Of a DNA stretch of 64,000 nucleotides, positions 10,003 through 19,987 are shown piece by piece. The notes beneath the pieces were generated by a model that worked only from the letters and a program-made list of their open reading frames with translations, was not told the origin of the DNA and did not search any database. The stretch is from an uncultured Acidobacteriota bacterium (GTDB taxonomy: Bacteria; Acidobacteriota; UBA6911), in contig CAWHCF010000002.1 of assembly GCA_963827655.1 (NCBI GenBank), positions 160,001 to 224,000 of the forward strand. Reading direction: 5' to 3'. Made by a program: the position numbers and the translations under genes. Position 1 is the stretch's first letter. Each line of letters opens with the position of its first letter.

Positions 10003-12663
10003 ATGGACGCGACCCGGCGGGAAAGGCTCGGTGATGTGTTCGAACGCGCACTGGCGCTTCCCGTCGACCAGCGGCCCGCGTTTCTCGAAAGAGCTTGTCG
10101 GGACGACGCCGAACTGCACTCGGAGCTGATCTCGCTGCTGGCCTCGCACGAGGAGGCTCCGGACTGGCTGGAAGTACAGGCTGACGTAGTTCTCCCAGCG
10201 GCGCTCACCGGCATCGGCCAGGAGCTGCCCCCCGATCCTTCGATCGGGTCGAAAGTCTCACACTACGAAATCCTGGAGGAGCTCGGCGGCGGGGGCATGG
10301 GCCTCGTCTACAAAGCCCGCGATCTCGCACTCGATCGACTGGTCGCGCTCAAATTCCTGCCGGCTCACCTGAGCGCCGACGCGGAGGCGCAGGAACGTCT
10401 TAAGTCGGAGGCAAGGGCCGTCTCGGCCCTCGATCATCCGAACATCGCGGTCGTACATGAGATTGCAGCGACCGATCCTCCTCCCGGGTCCCAGCAAGCA
10501 GCCCGGCTCTTCATCGTAATGGCCCACTACGGGGGTGAGACCATCAAGCGGAAGATCGCCCGCGGTCCATTGCCCTTCCGGATGGCTCTCGATTTCGCCC
10601 TGCAGGTGGCCGACGGGCTGAGCAGTGCGCACGAGGCCGGAATCGTCCACAGGGACATCAAACCAGCCAATCTGATCGTCACCGACCGCGGGCGCGTCAT
10701 GATTGTGGATTTCGGATTGGCCAAGGCGGTCACCGGTGAGGTGACTGCGGAGGCGATCGCACTCGGGACGGCCGCGTACATGAGCCCCGAGCAGACGCGC
10801 GGTGGTCCCGTCGATCACCGAACGGACATCTGGTCGCTGGGCGTGACGTTCTACGAGATGTTAACGGGCCGGCGTCCGTTCCGGGGCGAGAGCGATGGGA
10901 CGCTGGCGCGCGCCATTCGCGACGACGAGCCCGAGCCGGTGGAGCGGCTGCGTCCCGAGATCCCACTCCCCCTCGCTGACATGGTTCAGCGCTGCCTCGC
11001 GAAGGATTCGGCCAACCGGTATCAACGCTGTGAAGATTTTATGGTCGCCCTACAGAGCGTCGATCCGCGAAGCACTCCCGTACGGCAAAGCATCTGGCTT
11101 CGCTTGTGGCGCAGGCCAGCTTGGCGGTACGCCGCGATGCTCGGCCTGATCGGATCGATCCTCCTGGGATCATTCTATGGGATGCAGCTGTTGAAGCAAC
11201 CAGACCCCTCCAGTTCGGCAGGTGATTCCGTTCTTGCCGCACCGCCGCAACTTGCCGTGCTGCCCTTTATCAACCTGCAAGCGAATGCGGAGACCGACTT
11301 TCTCGGCTATGCCCTCGCCGATCAGATCATCAGCCAGATAGGCTATGTGCGCGACCTGGTCGCGCGTCCCTCAAGCGCGGTGCGCCGGTACCAGGGAAAG
11401 ACGGTCGATCCTCGGCAGGTGGCGAAGGAGCTGCACGTCCAGTATGTGCTGACCGGGAACTACATAAAGGAAGGAGCCACGCTTCGCTTGAATGTCGAGC
11501 TGGTGAAGGCCGTCACTAACGAGGTGGTGTGGCGCGAGGGCATTCACGTGGCCTACGACAGTCTGCTCGGCCTGCAAGACCGGGTTGCCGAGACGGTTTC
11601 CCGGAAGCTGGCTCTTGGCTTCACTCGTCAAGAGCGGGCGCGGATGCAAAAAGACGCGTCCGCGCATCCGCTCGCGTATCACTACTACCTGCGCGCGCTC
11701 GCGCAGCCCGTCGGCACCGAGGAAGGCCTTCGTTCTGGCCGCGAACTGCTGATCCGCTCCGTAGAGCTGGATGCGTCGTTTGCGTCCGCACTTGCCGCGC
11801 TCGGGTTTCGCTCCTACGTGCTCGGCCACACGGGCTATGTCGCCGGGGAGGAGCGCCGCCGGATGCTCTCTGAAGCGGAACAGGCGCTTCAGAAAGCCCT
11901 CGCACTGAACGCGGAGCTGCTGAGCGGCCTCAGTTACCTGGCTATTCTTTATCTCGAGACGGCGCGCATCGAAGAAGCGTTGGACGTTGCGCAGCGGGCC
12001 CTTGCGATCAATCCGAACAGCTCGGACGCCTCAATTTCGCTCGGCCACATCTACCGGTTCGCCGGCGTATTTGACGAATCGGAGCGCACCTTCGCGCGGG
12101 CGAAGATGCTCGATCCCTATAATCCGAGATTGATCACGTCCGGCCTCACGTACCTCTACCACGCAAGGTACGACCAGGCGCTGGAGATGTTCGCTCTGAC
12201 CGAGCAGTACGCCCCGTTTTCGCTGCTTTGGCAGGGCATGGCCCTCCTGGAGATGGGTCAGCTGGAGGAGGCTCGCAAGCGGTTCGATGCCGTTCTAGCG
12301 ACGCGCACCACGAGCTCAGCGCGCTGGGTGGCCGAGGCCCATCTCGCGTACATGGCGCGCAATCTCGATCAAGGGCTGGCGGCGGTGCGCGTTCTGGAGC
12401 GTACGTTTGCGCCGGCCGGTGAAGGCGGAGAGGCGCTGTACCATTACGGCCGGCTGTACATCGCGCTCGGCGACTCGACCTCGGGGATCACCATGCTGGA
12501 GCGGGCGATAGACCGCGGGTTTTTCCCATATCCTTACCTCCGGGTCGATCGGTTCCTCGACCGCGCCCGCGCCGAGCCTGACTTCAACCGCGTCCTCGCA
12601 AAGGCAGAGACGCGCCACGAGACGTTCAAGAAAAGACTGTCGCGCGGCAGGCAATCACTGTAG
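10003..12663 (+). CDS. Hanks-type Ser/Thr protein kinase with TM helix, TolB-like and TPR domains
   Basis: GGGGMGLVY, VALK, HRDIKPAN, DFG, YMSPEQ; hydrophobic segment; LAVLPF module and TPR-like helices. Confidence 0.92.
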   Translation: MDATRRERLGDVFERALALPVDQRPAFLERACRDDAELHSELISLLASHEEAPDWLEVQADVVLPAALTGIGQELPPDPSIGSKVSHYEILEELGGGGMGLVYKARDLALDRLVALKFLPAHLSADAEAQERLKSEARAVSALDHPNIAVVHEIAATDPPPGSQQAARLFIVMAHYGGETIKRKIARGPLPFRMALDFALQVADGLSSAHEAGIVHRDIKPANLIVTDRGRVMIVDFGLAKAVTGEVTAEAIALGTAAYMSPEQTRGGPVDHRTDIWSLGVTFYEMLTGRRPFRGESDGTLARAIRDDEPEPVERLRPEIPLPLADMVQRCLAKDSANRYQRCEDFMVALQSVDPRSTPVRQSIWLRLWRRPAWRYAAMLGLIGSILLGSFYGMQLLKQPDPSSSAGDSVLAAPPQLAVLPFINLQANAETDFLGYALADQIISQIGYVRDLVARPSSAVRRYQGKTVDPRQVAKELHVQYVLTGNYIKEGATLRLNVELVKAVTNEVVWREGIHVAYDSLLGLQDRVAETVSRKLALGFTRQERARMQKDASAHPLAYHYYLRALAQPVGTEEGLRSGRELLIRSVELDASFASALAALGFRSYVLGHTGYVAGEERRRMLSEAEQALQKALALNAELLSGLSYLAILYLETARIEEALDVAQRALAINPNSSDASISLGHIYRFAGVFDESERTFARAKMLDPYNPRLITSGLTYLYHARYDQALEMFALTEQYAPFSLLWQGMALLEMGQLEEARKRFDAVLATRTTSSARWVAEAHLAYMARNLDQGLAAVRVLERTFAPAGEGGEALYHYGRLYIALGDSTSGITMLERAIDRGFFPYPYLRVDRFLDRARAEPDFNRVLAKAETRHETFKKRLSRGRQSL

Positions 12664-12722
12664 CGTGCGGGACCACGTTATCAAGCGAGCATCTCCCCAA
12701 CAGTGCTCTCTTCCGTGGCGTA

Positions 12723-12761
12723 GAGCCCGGGGCCGGACGAACGGTTGTCCGGTCCGGGCTC
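12723..12761. terminator. GC-rich stem-loop between convergent genes, possible terminator
   Basis: GAGCCCGG-GGCCGGAC...GTCCGGT-CCGGGCTC inverted repeat; no clear U-tract. Confidence 0.4.
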
Positions 12762-12995
12762 GATTCACTTGAAGCTGATCTTGATGCTTATCGTCACGTT
12801 GTCGCAATCGAACCTGGATACTGGAACGACCGGCCATTCTGGAGCGCGCCGTGGGCGATCATGGTCGAATGGCCGGGGTCTGCTAGCCTGGTTCGAGTTG
12901 TGTATGATCATAGGGAAGTCGCGTCTTACAGTAACCGCGCGCGTTCGTTCATGGCCAGGTCAGGAGGCCCTAGTCTGGGTGGCGACAGGACGTTC

Positions 12996-14066
12996 TCACT
13001 TGCCGCAGCCGTCGGCCAGGATCTGTTCGATCGACACGAGCAGGGCAATGTCGTTGATCGTGAAGCCAACTGCATTCGTGACCGGCAGGACTCCGTTCGC
13101 TCGCCACTCCATCAGAGTGGCAAAGTTGTCCGCCAGGACTTCCTCGGGGTGGATGATGAAGTTCGAGTTGCGTCTCATCAGCGGTACCCAATTCGTGTTG
13201 CCGAACGTGTAGGCGATGAGGGTGCCGTTGCTGTGCCGGAGGGCCTCACTGGTACTGGTATCAACGGCAAGGAGAAGGATGTCGAGTGCATCGAAAAAGT
13301 TCGGGAGCAGGATAGCCTCCTCCAGCGGCACCAGAGACTGAATCACCGGCACGACGTCCGCGCTCCCGGATGCGGTTTGAACGGTCACCGCGTGTTCGTA
13401 GGTGTACGCGTCCGGGTTACTCACGCGACGTTCCTCGAGCTCCGCCGGAAACTCAATACCGTCAAACCGATTGGCTCCAAGAAGAGCATAGGTCTTGTCG
13501 CGCAGGTCAGAATCGTTTCGGGACAGGACGTGAAAGAGCTCGTGCGCAAGCAGGAAGAATGCATTGCGCGGTTGGGTGGCGGCCAGGCCGGCCAACCTTT
13601 GCGGGAACATGATCGCTCGTTGCCGCGTGTACGCCGCGTCGAATTCTTCCTTTCCCGTGGTCTTTACCAAGTCGATGTTTGGCAGGTCCACGCCCAGATC
13701 TTCCATCGCGTGGCTCAACTTGTCGATCATCGCCCCCCAACTCGCGCGCTCCTCGGGGGTCCACTTCAAGGCTGCTTCGGAAGCGAAGTCGAGGAACTCG
13801 TGCAGCCTCGTCGGTTGTGCTGTCTGCTGGCGGACGCCCAAATCAAAGGCACTCAATTGCCGCGCCCAGTCATCCTTCTTTCCAAGAATTGTACTTGCCC
13901 GATCAGCGCTCGCGAACTGCAGCCGGTCGGAAAGGGTCTTATTCTTGCACGAAGAAGCATGCTTGTCGGTGCTGCTGAAGGTACCCGGCTTCGCCCCTTC
14001 GTCGGCGGTGGCCGACGCGGTGAGCGCGAGGACGAAAACCAGCGGCAGTGTTCCCAGAGTCTTCAT
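12996..14066 (-). CDS. Secreted hypothetical protein with HEXXH zinc-metallopeptidase-like motif
   Basis: GGAGG RBS, signal peptide MKTLGTLPLVFVLALTASATA, AHELFH and downstream HPEEVLADNF. Confidence 0.65.
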   Translation of the reverse strand: MKTLGTLPLVFVLALTASATADEGAKPGTFSSTDKHASSCKNKTLSDRLQFASADRASTILGKKDDWARQLSAFDLGVRQQTAQPTRLHEFLDFASEAALKWTPEERASWGAMIDKLSHAMEDLGVDLPNIDLVKTTGKEEFDAAYTRQRAIMFPQRLAGLAATQPRNAFFLLAHELFHVLSRNDSDLRDKTYALLGANRFDGIEFPAELEERRVSNPDAYTYEHAVTVQTASGSADVVPVIQSLVPLEEAILLPNFFDALDILLLAVDTSTSEALRHSNGTLIAYTFGNTNWVPLMRRNSNFIIHPEEVLADNFATLMEWRANGVLPVTNAVGFTINDIALLVSIEQILADGCGK

Positions 14067-14793
14067 TGCGACCTCCTTCATTTGATTTAGGTGTATTGTC
14101 AAAACTTTCAAACATTAAGCCGCCAACTCGTTGTTTCAACGAGATGGTTGCCCTCCGTCCTTTTCCCCCCGCGCTTGCAGAAACATTGCGTGAGCTGCGC
14201 GAATGAAGGTGTGTGATTGTGTGGAATCTGTCATTGCGGCCTCATGGAATTCCTGGCACTACCCGTCATTTGCCGGTGGAGTTTGTCTAGGACCGAAGAG
14301 GCCGAGCGGGTCGGGGTGACCGGCGCAACTCAGTCTCGGCTCCTCATCCTCGAATACACGGCTCTGGACAAAAGGGGGCCATCGCCGGTCCCGTTTTCCT
14401 TGGACGTTCTGGAGTGACCGCGATTCTTGCAGAGGCGATTGTCAAGCCCTTGAGTCTGCGGCCGTGAGCCGTAGTGGGCATCAGCGATCGTAAGGGACAC
14501 GGTCGATGCTGCAAGTGCCGCGACTCTGTCTGAAAAAGGGCGCCAAAAACGTGTCAGGAGAGTATCGAATGACGTGCTGTTACCGCGGCACCTCGATGCG
14601 AATTATGCTCGGATGCTTCGTGCGTGCCACGTGGCACTGGGCGCCACCGACGGCGCACCTCGAGCTCGGCTGGCGCACGGCAGGACCCCAGGAGAGCCGA
14701 GGTTGGTGCGGGCGCAGACGGACGGCCATCTCGCGAGGAGATTCTCCCCCCAATTTTCTCTTAGGACCGGCACTGACGCGGATCTTCGTCCGC

Positions 14794-16281
14794 TCAGCGG
14801 CGAACGGGATCAGGCTGAGGCGACCTGGATGGCGGTCGGATGCCGTAGAGCATCTTCGTCCGCAGCTCGATGCTTTGGCTTAGCGCCTCGCCCAGATGCA
14901 GGCCGTTCATGGCTTCCGCGTTGTTATACCAGGTCAGGTACTGACGGGCCAGATCGGGCTCGCCGGCCTTGTAGAGGGCTTGCGCCGTTTGCTCCACCGT
15001 GGGTTGCCCCGAGATGAGCCGCGACTCGAAGGCTTCGAGCGCTTGCGTGACCTCGGGCAGGAATTCCCGACTGCGCTCTTCGGTCAAGTAGAACAGTCTC
15101 TTGAATACGTGGAACGCGTAGCGCGTGGATTCGATACCGCGGAAGGCGGCGTCCATGAATCCGTCGGCCTCGCCTTCGGTAAGATATCGGTGCCGTTTGA
15201 ACTCCGGCGGAACGTCGTTGACTCCCACGTGGTTTGGGATAAACGGAGCCGTGACAGGCGTCGTGGCGGCGATCCAGAGCACACCCAGATCCTGATGGAT
15301 GTCCTTGCGCAAGTGGGCGACCTGTCCATATCCCGCTGAATCGCGCGTGACTTCGGTCGTCCGCACAGCGGCGATGATTTCTTTCAGGCTGATCTGACCC
15401 TTCCGTTTGCGAAGTCGTTCCTCGATCAGTACCACTGCTTCGTGCCGCATCTTTCCATCGCCATACACCCGGTTCACATTGAATGGCTGGCCGGATTTGG
15501 GGTCGTGCCAACCCTGCTTCTCCGCGAACGAAATCAGGTTGGGCGAACCCATGTAGCCCGGCCGAGTCCGGAAATCGACTGGAATCTCGCCGATATAGCC
15601 GGGGCGGGAAACGCGGATGTCGTCCGGGCCAAGCCGCTCGGCGACCCAGAGTCCTTGCCCTCCGGCAAATTCGATCAGGATCCAGCCTTCGGCAGGATCG
15701 GCGAACAGATGCGAATTACCTCCGTAGGTCGAGTAACCATATTTGTCGATCAGCGCGCCAATAATCTCGACTGCCTCTCGGGCGGTTTTGGCACGCTCCA
15801 TGACGATGCGCGACAGGTCGCTGTAGTTCGGTCCGCGCTGGGGGTTGGGTGTCATCTTCCGTAATTCCTCACGAGACGGCGACCAGATGTCTCGCGCGGC
15901 CACGTGATGTTCGTTGAGTCCCCCGTTGGTTAGCGGCGCCGGAAAGCCGGCGAACGCGGAGTAGTTCATGGTGATGTATTTCAGGGTCTGGGCAACCTGG
16001 GGAATTTCTATGAGAACTCCCGGGTATCGCGCGGCCGCGGTCCCGCCGACTTTGATGCTTGCCTGCGGTGGATGATCGCGCCGCGGGACAATCTCGAGCC
16101 AGTGACTGGACGGTTCGTCACCGTAGCCGGCAAGAAATACGCTGCCGTCGGCCGTGAGATTCTTGCCGACATAGATGCCGTAACTGGCAAAGGCACCCGA
16201 ATGCCAGACAAGCATGAGCAGTGCGATCGCCATCGCGATCATGGATCTCTTCCTTCCCGTCCGTGCTGGCTTCGTCGTCAT
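14794..16281 (-). CDS. C69-family dipeptidase-like Ntn hydrolase (secreted)
   Basis: Signal peptide then SYGIYVGKNLTADGS, GGLNEHHVA, ERAKTAREAVEIIGALIDKYG, ADPAEGW. Confidence 0.75.
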   Translation of the reverse strand: MTTKPARTGRKRSMIAMAIALLMLVWHSGAFASYGIYVGKNLTADGSVFLAGYGDEPSSHWLEIVPRRDHPPQASIKVGGTAAARYPGVLIEIPQVAQTLKYITMNYSAFAGFPAPLTNGGLNEHHVAARDIWSPSREELRKMTPNPQRGPNYSDLSRIVMERAKTAREAVEIIGALIDKYGYSTYGGNSHLFADPAEGWILIEFAGGQGLWVAERLGPDDIRVSRPGYIGEIPVDFRTRPGYMGSPNLISFAEKQGWHDPKSGQPFNVNRVYGDGKMRHEAVVLIEERLRKRKGQISLKEIIAAVRTTEVTRDSAGYGQVAHLRKDIHQDLGVLWIAATTPVTAPFIPNHVGVNDVPPEFKRHRYLTEGEADGFMDAAFRGIESTRYAFHVFKRLFYLTEERSREFLPEVTQALEAFESRLISGQPTVEQTAQALYKAGEPDLARQYLTWYNNAEAMNGLHLGEALSQSIELRTKMLYGIRPPSRSPQPDPVRR

Positions 16282-16308
16282 GTCTCTCTACTCCTTGCTA
16301 CCTGCGTT

Positions 16309-16368
16309 TCTTCGTGTCTTCGTGGTTAGAGCTGTCTAACAAATACCACGAAGACCCAAAGACACGAA
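16309..16368. repeat. Palindromic REP-like element (TCTTCGTG / CACGAAGA type), copy 1
   Basis: TCTTCGTGTCTTCGTGGT...ACCACGAAGACCCAAAGACACGAA hairpin around GTTAGAGCTGTCTAAC. Confidence 0.75.
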
Positions 16369-16470
16369 AACACTGCGTGATTTGATTTGACGCGTCGCCG
16401 CCCACTGTGCAAGGCTGAATTCATCCCTGGCACCCTCTTTGCCAATTCAATCCCCCTACGGAGGCATTTC

Positions 16471-19400
16471 ATGACTCGACTTCTGCTCGGCGTTGCCTTG
16501 GTCCCCGTCGCCGCTCTTGCCCTCTGGGCCCAGAGCTTTACGGCTAACCTGACGGGTGTCGTGACCGACCCTCAGGGGGGTGTCATTGCCGGGGCCGACG
16601 TAGTCCTCACTAACACAGCGACGGGACAGGCCCGGACGGCCATTACAAGCAGCGACGGACGTTACACGTTCTCTCAGCTCAACCCGTCGACCTACGGCCT
16701 TTCCGTCAAGCTCGTCGGCTTCAAGGAGTACAACCAGACAGGCATCCTGCTCTCGACCAACCAATCGGTCGAGCTCAACGTGAAGCTCGAGGTCGGAAAT
16801 CTGGCCGAGACGATCGAGATCACAGCCGAAACGCCGCTGCTCGACACGCGAACTGCGAATCAGTCGGTGACGCTGGAAAGCCGGGCGATCCAGGACTTGC
16901 CGGTCAATGCGCGCAATCCGTTCGTGCTCGCCCACGCGACTGCGGGCGTCGTGGCTGTCCGCACGGGTGTGTCGACGGCGACCCAGGACCAGAACCATAA
17001 CCGAATCGCGATGAACGGGGGTCGCGATGAAACGGTGCTCGTGCTGATCGACGGCGTTCCGGCGTCGGCGGGCGACTGGGGTGGCCTGATTGCGACTCCC
17101 GGCGTCGACTCGGTCAACGAGGCGCAGATCGTGCGCAACACATACGAGGCGCAGTTCGGCAAGACCGGCGGCGGCGTGATCAATCTGACGTCGAAAGGCG
17201 GCTCGCAGGACTATCACGGCACGTTGTTCGAATACCACCGGAACGACGAGCTCGATGCCAATAGCTGGTTCAACAACAAGTTCAACCGACCGAAGTCGGA
17301 ATTCAAGCGCAACCAGTACGGCGGCAACATCGGCGGCCCGATCTGGAAGAGCAAGCGGATTTACGGGTTCTTCGGTTACGAGGGCCTGCGGCAGGGGACC
17401 CCCTCGTCCCGCACCGCCACCGTCCCGACCGAGCTCGCAGCGCCAGGGCGATTTCTCCCAGACCTTCAACGCTGACGGCTCGCTCGCGGTCATCTACGAT
17501 CCCCTCACCACGCGGGCGGACCCGGCCAACCCCGGACGTTTCTTGCGCGACCCGTTTCCGGGTAACCGAATCCCATCCAACCGGTTCGATGCTGTCGGAG
17601 TCAATGCCCTGAAGCTCTTTCCGCTTCCGAACGTCGCCGGCACCGGGGCGGCGCAGATCAACAACTACTTCAAGACCGGAACCGAGGCGGTTACGAACGA
17701 CCGCTACGACGCGCGCGTCGACTGGACCCCAAGCTCGCGCCATACCGTGTTCTGGCGCATGACGAAGTCGCCTCAGGCCGGGATCCGGCCGGAGCTGTTC
17801 GAACGCGACGCCGAGACGCAATGGGACGACTACAATCCGCGCTGGCACACCTCGCTCGGCAACACCTTCACGCTGAGCCCGAAAACGGTCGTCAACGTGC
17901 TGCTCGGCGGCGGCCAGTGGACCGAGAAGCAGATCTCCAAAGGCCTTGGTTACGACTTCACGGCGCTCGGTCTGTCGCCGTCCCTCGCGAGTCAGTTCAG
18001 CGTCGAGACACCCTTCGTCTGGAACTTTGGCGGCGATTATTCGGCCCTGGGCAACAACAGGCTCCTGATTTTCGCGCGCAACATCATCAACGCTCAGGTC
18101 AATGTCAGCCGCGAGTTTTCCGCGCACAGCTTGAAGTTCGGCTGGTCGGTCGAGTACTCGCAGCTCAACGACATCGACTTCAACTCCGGGACGTTCAATT
18201 TCGACCGGTTCTTTACCAGCGGGCCCGATCCCGACTCTCGCGTCGCGCGGGCGGGCAACTCCATCGCCTCACTGCTGGTTGGCGCCGGCTCGGGAGGCTC
18301 CGCTCCGGTGCCGATTGCCCCGGCGGCGACTCAGACCTACTGGGGTTTTTACGTCCAGGATGCCTGGAAGCTGACCCCGAAGCTCACCGTCAACTACGGG
18401 CTGCGGTACGAGCTCCAGCCAGGACGCACCGAGCGCTTCGACCGGTTCAACTACTTCGACCCGGCCGCGCCCAACCCGCTCGGGCCGAAAGTTGGGCTCC
18501 CGGACCTGCGGGGCGGACTGGTGTTCGTCGGCGACGACGACCGGTCTCAGTGGAGTCCGTCGTACCACGACTTTGCGCCCCGGATCGGACTCGCCTACAG
18601 GGTCAACGACCGCCTCGCCGTGCGGGCCGGCTACGGCGCCTTCTATCTGACCGCGGTCAACGTCGGGCCGCTGGTCGGCACCGACGGATTCTCCACGACG
18701 ACGCCCTGGCTATCGACGCTCGACAGCGGCCGAACCCCCAACAACCTCTTGCGTGATCCGTATCCGAGCGGATTGTCGCAGGCGACGGGAAGCTCGGCCG
18801 GGCTGGAGACCAATGCGGGGCTGGCGATCAATGCTTTCCTGCGCGACCGCCCGACGGCGTACATGCAGCAGTATAGCCTCGACCTCCAGTATGAGATCAG
18901 CAAGTCGATCGTGCTCGAGGTGGGGTACGTGGGCAATCAGGGGCGCCGGCTCGCGCTCGGGTACGGCGTCAACATCAACGAGATCCCTAGCTCGGCGCTC
19001 GCCCTCAGGGATGGGCTGCGGGAGCAGGTGACGAACCCGTTCTTCGGCTCGATCACGAGCGGGTCGCTCGCGGCACGCACGGTGGAACGGCGGCAGCTTC
19101 TGCGCCCCTACCCGCAGTTCGCCAACGTGACGATCCAGGACTTTCCCGGAGCATCGTCGAGCTACAACGCCCTGGTGGCGAAGGTCAACAAACGATTCTC
19201 CGACGGCCTCAGCCTGATCGCGACTTACCAATGGTCGAAGGCAATCGACAACGCCTCCGAAAACCAGGGTTGGGAGATCGTTGACGGCTACCGGAGCTAT
19301 AACAACCTCAGCCTCGAAAGGTCGATCAGCGGCCACGACATCCCGCAGAGCGTGGCGGTTGCGTGGATCTACGAGCTTCCCGTGGGCAGGGCCGGCAAGG

Positions 19401-19892
19401 TGGGGACAGGCCTCCATCCTGTGGTCAATGGCATCCTCGGCGGCTGGCAGGTGAGCGGAATCTACCGCTGGACCTCGGGGCTGCCGCTGCGGTTTTCGGC
19501 GCCCGACAACGTGTTCGCGTTCGGCGGAGGGCAATACCCTGACGTTACCGATCTGAAGGCGAGCGAGGCTCGAACAGAAGACGATCGACCGCTGGTTCAA
19601 CACGGCCGTCTTCGCCCAGCCGGCGCCCTACACGCTCGGCAACGCGCCACGTTGGTTCTCCAACATCCGCTATGACCACACGGACAACTGGGACATCGCG
19701 CTGGCTAAGAACTGGCAGGTCCTGGAGTCGATCCGGATCCAGTTCCGGGCGGAAATGTTCAACGCGTTCAACCGTGTTCAGTTCGGGAGAGCCAACACGA
19801 CGTTCGGCGCCGCGGCCTTCGGCACCGTGGCCGGCACGGCGCCTGGCGCCGGCCCGCGTAACATCCAGTTCGGCCTGCGCGTCGCATTCTGA
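16471..19892 (+). CDS. TonB-dependent receptor (Oar-like, N-terminal carboxypeptidase-regulatory-like domain); frameshifts near 17440 and 19570
   Basis: LTGVVTDPQG, LPVNARN, FYVQDAWK, NYGLRYE, C-terminal RNIQFGLRVAF*; three consecutive frames join. Confidence 0.88.
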
Positions 19893-19920
19893 AGGAGCGC
19901 GGCGAGAGCAAAACGATTCT

Positions 19921-19984
19921 TCTTCGTGTCTTCGTGTCTTGGTGGTTAGCACAGCTCTAACCACAAAGACACGAAGACGCCGAA
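19921..19984. repeat. Palindromic REP-like element, copy 2 (inverted relative to copy 1)
   Basis: TCTTCGTGTCTTCGTGTCTTGGTGGTTAGCACAGCTCTAACCACAAAGACACGAAGAC; loop is the reverse complement of the copy 1 loop. Confidence 0.75.
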
Positions 19985-19987
19985 AAT

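Noticed and set aside
16309-16368. Short repeats considered as a CRISPR array
   Set aside because: Palindromic units with no repeat-spacer periodicity, and no cas genes in the window
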